This document shows positions 19,023-27,758 of a stretch of DNA of 64,000 nt, one piece after another (the stretch's first letter is position 1; each line of letters begins with the position of its first letter). Below the pieces are notes generated by a model. The model saw nothing but the letters and a program-made list of their open reading frames with translations, was not told the DNA's origin and ran no database searches. A program made the position numbers and the translations under genes. Source of the stretch: Actinomycetota bacterium (GTDB taxonomy: Bacteria; Actinomycetota; Actinomycetes; Actinomycetales; Angustibacteraceae); contig JBOFBH010000012.1 of NCBI GenBank assembly GCA_051645425.1, positions 35,472-99,471 of the forward strand. Direction: 5' to 3'.

Positions 19023-19030
19023 TCGAGCAG

Positions 19031-19663
19031 TCAGTGCAATCGCCGTTCCTGCTCCATACGCCCGATTGGGAAAGCATCCAACGCGCCAGCTCGGGCTAAC
19101 GCCCGCACCAGAATCCACCCGCCCCAGCCAGCCGCCACAATCCCAGAAACCACGAACAAACCCCAATACGCGAACTTGTATCCCCACTGCCAGGCGTCCC
19201 AATATGCGAACCACTCGTACACCGACTCCACTGTCGCCGCGAGCGCCCCACCCAACGCAGCGACGACCGGACCAAAACGACGCCACCCCACAAGCAGAAA
19301 AGCAACTTCGACACCGATCCCTTGCAGCGCACCGGAAATCAGCGTCGCCACCCCCCACTGGTTACCAATGAGAAAGGACACATTCGCGGCGAGTAACTCC
19401 GCTCCCAATGCGGCGCCTGGCCGACGAACGACCAACGCCCCGACCACACCAGCGATCAACCATGGCCCAGCGAGTAACCCACTAGCCGGCGGAAACGCCT
19501 TCAACGCGGGATCGATAGCGGCGTAAACGAAATTCCACCCCCAGTACGCCACCCCAAAAACCACACCCAGCATGGCGGTGACCACAACATCGATGGTCCG
19601 CCACCCTGGACGATCACTCGTGGCCCAAATTGCTCTTTCTGCTGCACTAGGACGAAATGCCAT
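19031..19663 (-). CDS. ykoE: ECF S component / HMP-thiamine permease (YkoE-like)
   Basis: 210-aa, 5-6 TM protein. It is the first gene after a TPP riboswitch and is followed by the double ATPase and the T component. Confidence 0.8.
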   Translation of the reverse strand: MAFRPSAAERAIWATSDRPGWRTIDVVVTAMLGVVFGVAYWGWNFVYAAIDPALKAFPPASGLLAGPWLIAGVVGALVVRRPGAALGAELLAANVSFLIGNQWGVATLISGALQGIGVEVAFLLVGWRRFGPVVAALGGALAATVESVYEWFAYWDAWQWGYKFAYWGLFVVSGIVAAGWGGWILVRALARAGALDAFPIGRMEQERRLH

Positions 19664-19689
19664 TGCTTCCTCCTGGGTAGGAGGGGAAG

Positions 19690-19812
19690 CCGCTCGCCAC
19701 AGCGGACGGCTTGAGGCCCGACTCCCTTCGCCGGTGCTAACCGGATCAGGTTCGAGGGTCTGCGGGTTTCCGCACTCTCAGCGCCCATGGCGCTCCCCTG
19801 TCGTCTAACCAA
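19690..19812 (-). promoter_or_regulatory. TPP (THI-box) riboswitch
   Basis: The minus strand reads GGGGAGCGCC..GCUGAGAGUGCGGAAACCCGCAGACCCUCGAACCUGAUCCGGUUAGCACCGGCGAAGGGAG, which contains the CUGAGA, ACCUGAUCCGG and CCGGCGAAGGGA cores. A CU-rich stretch complementary to the AGGAGG SD follows before ATG 19663. Confidence 0.9.
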
Positions 19813-19878
19813 CTCACCGTACACCGGACCCCGAGCAGAGCCGCACGTGATTGCTGACCACCACAACCTGACCGGTCC

Positions 19879-22260
19879 TTAGGGGTTGCTCGAAGGAGGC
19901 TCAACGATGCCGTACGGGAAGGATGTTTTGAGGACCCGTAGGAGTGGCGCGGCTTTCACGATGGTCTCCTCGTATTCCGCTCCAGGATCAGACAGTGCCA
20001 CCACCGCACCACCAACCCCATAATGCAAACCACTCGGAGTGGTGACGGCGGTGCGAATAGCAACCGCGAAGTCGGCACTCCCATCGAGGGAGAAATACCC
20101 GATCACCCCCGAGTACACCCCCCGTGGCCCCTGCTCCAAGAAATGCAAGATCCGCATGGTGCGCTCTTTGGGTGCACCGGTCATTGATCCAGGGGGAAAC
20201 GCCGCCCGGAAGGCATCGATAACGGTGCGTCCCGGACGCAGCTGAGCTTGAACCGTACTGAGCATCTGATGTGCGGCTGGATAGCTACGCACCTCAAAAA
20301 GGTGCGGCACCTGCACTGACCCCACTTCAGCGTGCTTGCTCAAATCGTGGCGAACCAAGTCAACCACCATGAGGTTTTCTGCTCGGTCTTTCTCGTGGCC
20401 CATCAGCTCAGCAGCCAGTTGACGGTCGCGGGTTTGATCCTCACTACGAGGCCGAGTTCCCTTTACTGGTCGAGCTTCTAAGGCTCCGGTGGGATCAGCG
20501 CAGAGGAAACGCTCAAAGGACGTGCTCAGCACGTGAACGTCACCAAAATGAAGGTAGGATCCGAGCGGAGATGGGCTGATTCGACGCAGCTGTTGGTACG
20601 TCTCCCATGGGTCGGCGAGAGCGGGGCCGGTTAAGTCGTTCGTCAAACATAGTTCGTAACTTTCCCCAGCTCGGATCTGACGCAGACATTCCGCAATCAA
20701 CGCGAGATAGCGGTCACGCCCATGACGGCTGCGCAGCGACGAACGCTCAGGTGGGAATCCTGCGGCAGCCAAAGCCACCGCATCCGCTACCACCGCGTTG
20801 GACCCAACAGCATGAGCTGGCGGACCTTCACTGTTGAGTGCTTGACCCGCGCCACCCGCATCGGGCTGACGCTGCACGATGCCGTCTATTCGAGCCCGTT
20901 CATCGCTGAACCAAGCCCTCGCATCGGCGATCGATCCCGATTCAGGATCGGGACGAGCTGGGTCAGCGAGGGCCAGCAGAGTCACCCGATTCGAACCATG
21001 GTCGAAGACGAGCGCGCGATCAGTGAAAACCAGTACCGCGTCTGGGGCACCTGAAGCGTTCGGCGAGGCAGTCGCGAACCCCTTCGGGTTAACGTCTAAT
21101 CCCTCGGGGTTTGCCACGTCACATTCGGCATACATCTCGTACCCGAGGTAGCCCACCCAGCCAAGCGAAAAACCTGGCCGGTCCGCGGCTGGTGCTACTG
21201 AAAACGCGGTAAGGTCAGCCGCCACATATTCCAACGCTGAACCAACCTGCGTGTGGGTTCTTTGGGTATCTCGGACCGAGAAAGTCCCGGCGGTGCAATT
21301 GACGGTAAGGATTCGGGCGAGTGGCCCGGCGGCGGACCCCATGATCGACCGGAGGCCGGTGTCATTGTCCGGCGCCGAAGCGTCCAACCAGTAAGCGTGG
21401 TCCCGGGGCCGCCAGCAGTGATCGAACAGGACTTCTGGGTTCACCACGACTGGGAACTGTTCGGTAAGAACAATCCAATCCGCGCCGTCTCCTCGGACTG
21501 AATCGTCTTCTCGTGCCGTGCGAGAAACGGTTTTCTGCTCGGCGCGTCGTCCATCACGAGAGCGGATGACACAAGACCATCCACCAGCACCACCGGCAGA
21601 ATCGGCCGCACGACGGGCTTGCCTGTCAAGGCTTCGCCACCAAGCATCAGCTAACGCGAGGAATCCGGCAACGACCGCGTCCCCCCGGGTGGTGCGGATT
21701 GACTCAGGGTGAAACTGCACGCCGTACACCGGGTGTAAATGATGGCGCAAAGCCATTAACACGCCGTCCTCTGACCATGCAAGAGGTCGTAAAGTCGACG
21801 GTAAATCATGGACTGCCAACGAGTGGTATCGCACCGCAGTGAACGGCGAGGGAAGAGCGGCAAAAAGTGGGTGACCATCGTGCCGAATCGTCGATTCTCG
21901 ACCATGGCGAGGTTCAGGAGCAAGCCCAACGGTGGCCCCCGCAAGATGACCGATCACCTGATGCCCCAGGCACACTCCCAATAACGGCACTCGACCATTG
22001 AACGCGGCCTCGACGATTGGCGCGCACCACCCGATGTCGGCTGACCGCAACGGCGTTCCTGGCCCCGGTGACAACACCACCGCATCGGCCTCGTTGAGTA
22101 ACGCATCAACGTTCACGCCTGGCTCATCGTTGCGGATGACGAGCGGGTCGTGGCCAATCAGGCGAGCTATTTGGTGAAAGACGTTGCCCGTGAATGAATC
22201 GTGATTATCAACTAGCAGAACACGCGTGATGGCACTATAAGGAGCGACGCCATTGATCAT
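19879..22260 (-). CDS. Fused glutamine amidotransferase / chorismate-binding enzyme (PabA-PabB type aminodeoxychorismate synthase; anthranilate synthase not excluded)
   Basis: N-terminal GATase (LLVDNHDSFTGNVFHQI, GVCLGHQ, FHPES) and C-terminal chorismate-binding domain (PGSMTGAPK, GVYSGVIGYF). Confidence 0.85.
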   Translation of the reverse strand: MINGVAPYSAITRVLLVDNHDSFTGNVFHQIARLIGHDPLVIRNDEPGVNVDALLNEADAVVLSPGPGTPLRSADIGWCAPIVEAAFNGRVPLLGVCLGHQVIGHLAGATVGLAPEPRHGRESTIRHDGHPLFAALPSPFTAVRYHSLAVHDLPSTLRPLAWSEDGVLMALRHHLHPVYGVQFHPESIRTTRGDAVVAGFLALADAWWRSLDRQARRAADSAGGAGGWSCVIRSRDGRRAEQKTVSRTAREDDSVRGDGADWIVLTEQFPVVVNPEVLFDHCWRPRDHAYWLDASAPDNDTGLRSIMGSAAGPLARILTVNCTAGTFSVRDTQRTHTQVGSALEYVAADLTAFSVAPAADRPGFSLGWVGYLGYEMYAECDVANPEGLDVNPKGFATASPNASGAPDAVLVFTDRALVFDHGSNRVTLLALADPARPDPESGSIADARAWFSDERARIDGIVQRQPDAGGAGQALNSEGPPAHAVGSNAVVADAVALAAAGFPPERSSLRSRHGRDRYLALIAECLRQIRAGESYELCLTNDLTGPALADPWETYQQLRRISPSPLGSYLHFGDVHVLSTSFERFLCADPTGALEARPVKGTRPRSEDQTRDRQLAAELMGHEKDRAENLMVVDLVRHDLSKHAEVGSVQVPHLFEVRSYPAAHQMLSTVQAQLRPGRTVIDAFRAAFPPGSMTGAPKERTMRILHFLEQGPRGVYSGVIGYFSLDGSADFAVAIRTAVTTPSGLHYGVGGAVVALSDPGAEYEETIVKAAPLLRVLKTSFPYGIVEPPSSNP

Positions 22261-22311
22261 GTCGCATCTCCAGTCGTTGCATAAGCAATCATGGTGGCGA
22301 CGCGCCCCGCG

Positions 22312-23421
22312 TCACGGCCGAGACCCGAGATACCGATCAACTTCGAAGCCAACTGCGTCACTGATGACACCAGCCGTGACTTCAGCGACAGCAACTGCGG
22401 TGTCTTCCTGCCAGGTACGTACCCGGTCTCGATAAAGTTTGAACTCGCGCGAAGCTTCCTCCGATTCCAATAATGCTTGATCATCTGGGAGCCATCGCAC
22501 CGTATAGGAGATGAGCGGTTCGGTGCGGGAATGACCAGAAGCACTTCGGTCAACCCGCGCTTGGACCCAGTCCGGGGGGGTTCGCTGTGCCGTCACCTCA
22601 ACGGTCAAATCATGTTCGGCGCACAGGGAGTACCCGTCCGCACCACCAGTCGCAGCCGCCGCTGCTTCGTGTTGCTCCGCGACATAGGCAATCAAAGCTC
22701 GGTCCTCGTCACTGAGGACATCAGCAAAGTTGACTTCATCGGGGTTAGTCAGGTCACTCGCCCACGGTGGTTGATCATCGGGGCGGCTGGTCAGCGGGTT
22801 TTCATGCGGCACCGCGACCGGCACGTACGCCCCGGGAAGGATCGGCGATAACAACTCAAACAGTTGATGCGGGTTTAACCAATAGTGCGACCACACGATC
22901 AGGTCGTAAAGGCGGAATGGATCTGGCCGCATCAGCGCCCCGCTACTCGCCACCCTGATCGAGCCGCCCGTCCGCCGCGCGACTTCCATGGCTAGATCAA
23001 CCACCCGAGCTTCTTCGCGTAACGGCATCCCCTCGGGGAAAGCGCGCATCCACCATGCCCGGGCGGTGGGGTCCATGATCTCGGCGAAACCAGATGGGTC
23101 ATGGTCTGGTTCAACATGAAGGGCATAGAAGGTCCGCCATGGTTCTGGGACACCCACGATGTCGCGTGCTTCATCACCGGTAATCAGATGCGGGCCACTG
23201 ATCGCGGAGTTGCGCCCCAGTTGGGTCCACCCTTCGGTGGTGAGGCGCGTGTCCGCGTAGCGGTAAGAAATTAAACCGTCAACCCGTTGCGGGAGAACAC
23301 TATCCGGCACTACCAGCACGTGGGTGGAACGGAAATCTTCGTAATGACGACGCTCATCCTCGCTGAGCGCCTTAGGCTCCGTGGACCCTTCGTCGTCGCT
23401 TCCCCGGCGAAATAGTGGCAT
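22312..23421 (-). CDS. Hypothetical protein (no motif recognised)
   Basis: 369-aa ORF co-directional with dcd and pabAB, acidic, with no TM or signal peptide. Confidence 0.6.
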   Translation of the reverse strand: MPLFRRGSDDEGSTEPKALSEDERRHYEDFRSTHVLVVPDSVLPQRVDGLISYRYADTRLTTEGWTQLGRNSAISGPHLITGDEARDIVGVPEPWRTFYALHVEPDHDPSGFAEIMDPTARAWWMRAFPEGMPLREEARVVDLAMEVARRTGGSIRVASSGALMRPDPFRLYDLIVWSHYWLNPHQLFELLSPILPGAYVPVAVPHENPLTSRPDDQPPWASDLTNPDEVNFADVLSDEDRALIAYVAEQHEAAAAATGGADGYSLCAEHDLTVEVTAQRTPPDWVQARVDRSASGHSRTEPLISYTVRWLPDDQALLESEEASREFKLYRDRVRTWQEDTAVAVAEVTAGVISDAVGFEVDRYLGSRP

Positions 23422-23429
23422 CAGAACAC

Positions 23430-24008
23430 CTACGAGACGACAGTCCGGTGGAAGCGACTGGAAGACCTACTCTCGGTCGGACCACGCTGCCCTTGATACC
23501 GCGATCCGTACCGCTCACTGCCATAAGGGTGTTCTGCCGGGGAAGATAACCGGAAGAAGCACAGCTGCCCGATTTTCATCCCCGGTAACAACGCGATCGG
23601 TAACGTAGCGACGTTGCTCAGTTCGAGTGTGACATGCCCGGTGAAACCCGGGTCGATGAAACCGGCAGTGGCGTGGGTGAGAAGGCCAAGACGGCCCAAA
23701 CTCGACTTACCTTCGACCCGGGCGGCGATGTCGTCCGGGAGGCTGACTTGTTCATACACCGAACCAAGCACGAACTCCCCAGGGTGCAAAATGAACTCTT
23801 CGTCCGGGGCGACCTCCACTAACCGGGTGAGATCAGGTTGCTCGATCGACGGATTGATGACGGGGTATTTATGGTTATCAAAGAGCCGAAAGGACCGGTC
23901 CAGTCGCACGTCGATACTTGACGGCTGCATCATCTCCGCGTCCCACGGATCAACGACAATCCGGCTAGCGTCCACTTCGGCTTTGATGTCCCGGTCACTG
24001 AGTAACAC
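23430..24008 (-). CDS. dcd: dCTP deaminase
   Basis: [20 protein letters not shown] and GFIDPGF are present. GTG 24008 gives the canonical MLLSDRDI-type N-terminus. Confidence 0.93.
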   Translation of the reverse strand: MLLSDRDIKAEVDASRIVVDPWDAEMMQPSSIDVRLDRSFRLFDNHKYPVINPSIEQPDLTRLVEVAPDEEFILHPGEFVLGSVYEQVSLPDDIAARVEGKSSLGRLGLLTHATAGFIDPGFTGHVTLELSNVATLPIALLPGMKIGQLCFFRLSSPAEHPYGSERYGSRYQGQRGPTESRSSSRFHRTVVS

Positions 24009-24103
24009 GGGCCGAGCGTATCGGAGTAAACCGCCGGGCAACGACTACGGCACAACGCATCCGTTATGCTCGTCCAGCAGTCACCAGCAAACCCCGGTGA
24101 CAC

Positions 24104-24177
24104 GCGGGTGTAGTTCAATGGCAGAACATCAGCTTCCCAAGCTGACAGTGCGAGTTCGATTCTCGTCACCCGCTCCA
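24104..24177 (+). tRNA. tRNA-Gly (anticodon CCC)
   Basis: Hand-folded cloverleaf. Acceptor GCGGGTG/CACCCGC, D arm GTTC..GAAC, anticodon stem TCAGC/GCTGA with loop TTCCCAA, T arm GCGAG-TTCGATT-CTCGT, and an encoded CCA. Confidence 0.93.
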
Positions 24178-24511
24178 CCCCTGAAAGCCCACTCAACGCA
24201 ATACTGCCGTCGGGTTTGCTTGCCGGCGCGGCGGCGACTCGTTGCAAGCGGCAAATGACCTCGGCAGCGAAGAGGGTTATCAGGTCTACGCCGACCCTGC
24301 GGGGCATCCCCTTCTGCATTGGCTGGGGCCAGCCGACGCGGGATCAACTCACCACCTACATAGCCGAGAAGTTAGGTCCGCAACCCGTCTAGTGAGACGA
24401 CTGGTTCTCGCGCGCAGCCACAGCCTTCGCCGCATTACGGGTTGGCGGGTTGGCACGTGATGTTTTGGCCGCTACGGTGAGCCGAGCAGCGGCGTGAGAG
24501 GAGGTAACTCA

Positions 24512-24967
24512 GTGAACATGGCACCCCGGGGGTGGTACCCACAGTCAGACGGCAATGAACGTTACTGGTCCGGGCAGGAATGGACTGACTATCACCGCGA
24601 AAGTGCGCCAAATTTGGGTTTAGTACATCCGACCCAGCCGATCCCGACCGTGTTCCCACTGGCACCTTATGGGGGCCAGACTGTGCCTGGATATTATCCG
24701 AACGGCATGATGGCTCCTCCTTATGTGGTGGCACCAAAAAATGCGGGAGTCGCATTGCTCGCATCGTTCTTCATCCCTGGGCTTGGCCAATTCATTAACG
24801 GGGACGCCGGAAAAGGCGCCGCAATGCTGGTGGTGTGGTTTCTGAGCTTTTTCTTCATGATCATTTTTATTGGTTTCGCGACGCTCCTAGCCGTCTGGCT
24901 TTGGGCCATGATCGACGCGTACACCAGCGCACAAAGATGGAACCTTGAACGGGGAATTGTGAGCTGA
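24512..24967 (+). CDS. DUF2510-like N-terminus plus two-TM (TM2-like) membrane protein
   Basis: GWYPQSDGNERYWSGQEWTDYH is followed by a Pro-rich linker, then FFIPGLGQFINGDAGKGAAML and a second TM. GTG 24512 lies 7 nt after GAGAGGAGG. Confidence 0.65.
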   Translation: MNMAPRGWYPQSDGNERYWSGQEWTDYHRESAPNLGLVHPTQPIPTVFPLAPYGGQTVPGYYPNGMMAPPYVVAPKNAGVALLASFFIPGLGQFINGDAGKGAAMLVVWFLSFFFMIIFIGFATLLAVWLWAMIDAYTSAQRWNLERGIVS

Positions 24968-24995
24968 GAGCTCGCCCAGTCACGACCGTAGCGAG

Positions 24996-27095
24996 ATGGG
25001 GGTGAGAGTAAGTCGACTACCTCGGATTCCCCCACTCGGGCGACGAAGCAGGAAAACTAACGGAGTGAGTTGGATAGATCCCACCCTGCCCCGCGCCGTT
25101 CGTTCATCTCGACTGGCAACGATCGGGTTTGTGATCGTCCTAATCGGGCTCACCGTGTTCGCGCTCTGGACGTCCCACCAAATGAACACCGTAGGAGATC
25201 GCGCACTACAGGCCAGCCGATTGTCCGACCATTACTCGATGGCCGCCCAGCACGCTGCCGCCGAAGAATCCATCGAACGCGAATACCGGCTTACGCCCTC
25301 AGCTGAGACGCTCAGCGAATTTGCTGTCGTCGCCAATGAACTCGATGACTCTCTCAACCGAATTCAACGAGATGGGTTCCCCGCCGATGACGCCAGGGCA
25401 GAACAAATCCGCGCTGATCACCGGGAATTTCTTGCTGCCAGTGAGCGGCTCTTCGCGGCCCAACAAGCAGGAGATCTCGCACTCGCCGCGACGATAGACG
25501 ACACTGAAACCGATCCACTGTTCGAGCGAATCGCGGCGAACCTCAACAACGCAGCCCGCGGAAAACACGATGCCGCAGTCGGCGCACTAGAGGATCTCAA
25601 TCGCCTGCAACATTTTGTTGCTTCCGCAACACCGATCGTCTTCGTCAGCGGAATGGTACTCATCGTGGTGTTCGGGGTGATGCTGCGCCGCGTCCGCCGG
25701 CTCATTGACGACCAGCGGGAACATGCCACACACCATTCCTTACATGACGCGCTTACGGGCCTACCCAACCGAACCCTACTCGCCAAGCGATTCGAAAAAG
25801 CACTCCACGCCAGTCATGGCGCTGGGACTCACACTGGGCTTCTGCTCATTGACCTAGACCGCTTCAAAGAGATCAACGACACTCTGGGGCACCATTATGG
25901 CGACCGGGTGCTCACCGAAATCGGCCCCCGTCTCGCACCCGAACTACGCGACGTAGACACGGTGGCACGACTTGGCGGTGATGAATTCGCTGTCCTACTT
26001 CCCACAGTTGACAGCCTCACCGCAGCGGCCCGAGTCGCGGACCGACTCCGATCAGCACTCACCACACCCATCACCATTGATGGCATCGAACTGGGCATAG
26101 AAGCAAGTATCGGTGTGGTCATCTCTGGGATTCACGGCGATGATCCGAACACGTTGATGCGTTGTGCTGACGTCGCGATGTACATCGCGAAAGAACAGGG
26201 AACCGGAGTTTTTATCTACGACGCGGACGATGACCAGCATTCCCCACGCCGTTTACAACTTCTGGGCCAACTGCGCCGCGGCATGGAAAACCGGGAACTT
26301 GTGCTGCATTACCAACCCACAATCAACCTTGACACCGGTCGCATGTGCCGGGTTGAAGCGCTGGCCCGCTGGGCACATCCCGAGCTGGGGCTGTTGTCGC
26401 CATGCGAGTTCATCCCGCTCGCTGAGCACACCAGCCTGATTAGCGGATTAACCGAGTACGTGCTCGACGCGGCGCTCGCGCAAATGCGGGCTTGGTTGGA
26501 CATCGGCCACACCATTCCGCTGTCGGTCAATCTTTCCGCCCGGAATTTACACGACAAGAATCTGGTGAGTACCGTCCAGGAAAAACTCACTCATTACGAC
26601 ATCCCCGCCGCCATGGTCACGTGTGAGGTGACCGAGTCAGCGATCATGGTGGAGCCAGAACGCTCCCGGACTGTCATCACGAGTCTGCACGATTTGGGGG
26701 TTCGATTGTCCGTCGATGATTTCGGTGCTGGGTACACCAGCCTCGCCCAGTTAAAAACTCTACCCCTGGACGAGATCAAAGTGGATCGGTCTTTCGTCAC
26801 CGCCATGGGAAGCGACCCGAACGCGACCGTGATCGTCCGCAGCGTTATCGAGCTGGGCCACAACTTGGAGCTGAGTGTCGCCGCGGAAGGAGTCGAATCA
26901 CCCGAGGTGCTCACTACCCTTACCGACTACGGTTGCGACACCGCTCAGGGGTACTACTTCTCTCGCCCCGTCACCGCCAGGCAAATCTCCTCCTATCTCA
27001 ACGCGGGGCTAGCTGGCAGTGTCACCACACGCGGTCCGATAAAACTGGGAAATCGGCTCGATACCTTTGCAGCGCAACGAGATGTGACGTTGTAG
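24996..27095 (+). CDS. Membrane-anchored GGDEF-EAL (c-di-GMP) signalling protein
   Basis: Two TMs flank a helical sensor region. The GGDEF domain shows HDALTGLPNR and RLGGDEF; the EAL domain shows EALARW, DDFGAGYTSL and KVDRSFV. The last 23 full codons before the final four sense codons (VTL) and the stop lie in repeat copy 1. Confidence 0.9.
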   Translation: MGVRVSRLPRIPPLGRRSRKTNGVSWIDPTLPRAVRSSRLATIGFVIVLIGLTVFALWTSHQMNTVGDRALQASRLSDHYSMAAQHAAAEESIEREYRLTPSAETLSEFAVVANELDDSLNRIQRDGFPADDARAEQIRADHREFLAASERLFAAQQAGDLALAATIDDTETDPLFERIAANLNNAARGKHDAAVGALEDLNRLQHFVASATPIVFVSGMVLIVVFGVMLRRVRRLIDDQREHATHHSLHDALTGLPNRTLLAKRFEKALHASHGAGTHTGLLLIDLDRFKEINDTLGHHYGDRVLTEIGPRLAPELRDVDTVARLGGDEFAVLLPTVDSLTAAARVADRLRSALTTPITIDGIELGIEASIGVVISGIHGDDPNTLMRCADVAMYIAKEQGTGVFIYDADDDQHSPRRLQLLGQLRRGMENRELVLHYQPTINLDTGRMCRVEALARWAHPELGLLSPCEFIPLAEHTSLISGLTEYVLDAALAQMRAWLDIGHTIPLSVNLSARNLHDKNLVSTVQEKLTHYDIPAAMVTCEVTESAIMVEPERSRTVITSLHDLGVRLSVDDFGAGYTSLAQLKTLPLDEIKVDRSFVTAMGSDPNATVIVRSVIELGHNLELSVAAEGVESPEVLTTLTDYGCDTAQGYYFSRPVTARQISSYLNAGLAGSVTTRGPIKLGNRLDTFAAQRDVTL
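27015..27083. repeat. 69-bp direct repeat, copy 1
   Basis: GGCAGTGTCACCACACGCGGTCCGATAAAACTGGGAAATCGGCTCGATACCTTTGCAGCGCAACGAGAT is identical base for base to 29173-29241. Confidence 0.95.
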
Positions 27096-27171
27096 CGATT
27101 TCACACCTCTTTAGCCCCCTTCCGGCGTTGCGGTTCCCTACAGTGGCAGGTGCAGGGAGGCCAACTTAGAG

Positions 27172-27183
27172 CCCCCCCCCCCC
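27172..27183 (+). repeat. Homopolymeric C12 tract
   Basis: I counted 12 consecutive C. The tract ends 20 nt before the lectin ATG (27204) and 7 nt before its GAGGGAGAG SD-like sequence. Confidence 0.95.
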
Positions 27184-27203
27184 GCTTAGCGAGGGAGAGA
27201 TCC

Positions 27204-27629
27204 ATGGGAATCCGCACCATAACTATGGCGGCAGCAATCGCGGTGACTGGAGTCGTTGGCATTGCGCCCAGCGCCAATGCAGCAACAAACGACTATAAGA
27301 ACCGCGCTACTTCTTATTGCCTAGATAGCAACTCATCGCGAACGGTGTATACCAGAGGCTGTAATAGTGGTTCTTATCAGAAGTGGGTGGATTCATCGGC
27401 TGGGAGCGGGCGCCTTCTGAAGAATCTCGCAACCTCTTACTGCCTGGACAGCAATAGCAGCGGAAATGTTTACGCTAACGCGTGTTCATCTGGGAATCGC
27501 TACCAACAGTGGACTATTTCAAGTGGTGTCATAAAGAATGTAGCGACGGGGCGCTGCCTGGACAGCAATACTTCCCGCGAGGTCTACACCCGAACCTGCA
27601 ATAGCGGATCATTCCAAAAGTGGGACTGA
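27204..27629 (+). CDS. Secreted ricin-type beta-trefoil lectin, (QxW)3
   Basis: Signal peptide MGIRTITMAAAIAVTGVVGIAPSANA. Three internal repeats follow: YCLDSNSSRTVYTRGCNSGSYQKW, YCLDSNSSGNVYANACSSGNRYQQW and RCLDSNTSREVYTRTCNSGSFQKW. Confidence 0.85.
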   Translation: MGIRTITMAAAIAVTGVVGIAPSANAATNDYKNRATSYCLDSNSSRTVYTRGCNSGSYQKWVDSSAGSGRLLKNLATSYCLDSNSSGNVYANACSSGNRYQQWTISSGVIKNVATGRCLDSNTSREVYTRTCNSGSFQKWD

Positions 27630-27647
27630 GAGATTAAGGATCTCTTT

Positions 27648-27681
27648 GGTGAGCGGCGCCCCGCACTGGGCGCCGCTCACC
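27648..27681 (+). terminator. Hairpin after the lectin gene
   Basis: GGTGAGCGGCGCC-8 nt-GGCGCCGCTCACC is a perfect 13-bp GC-rich stem 19 nt after the stop. There is no clear U-tract. Confidence 0.55.
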
Positions 27682-27758
27682 AACGCCAGAAAGGAAGCTC
27701 CGCACTGTTTAAGCAGCGCTTTGAACTCTTCCAAAGTTTTAACAAATTACATCGAGAC

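Noticed and set aside
18667-19371. 234-aa plus-strand ORF
   Set aside because: It is antisense to the ykoD and ykoE genes and is Pro/Arg/Thr-rich. It is a shadow ORF. The same reasoning applies to 51291..51944 opposite the TauE-like gene and 13032..13412 opposite the S/T-rich gene.
23614-24258. 214-aa plus-strand ORF
   Set aside because: It is antisense to dcd and runs straight through tRNA-Gly. It is not a gene.
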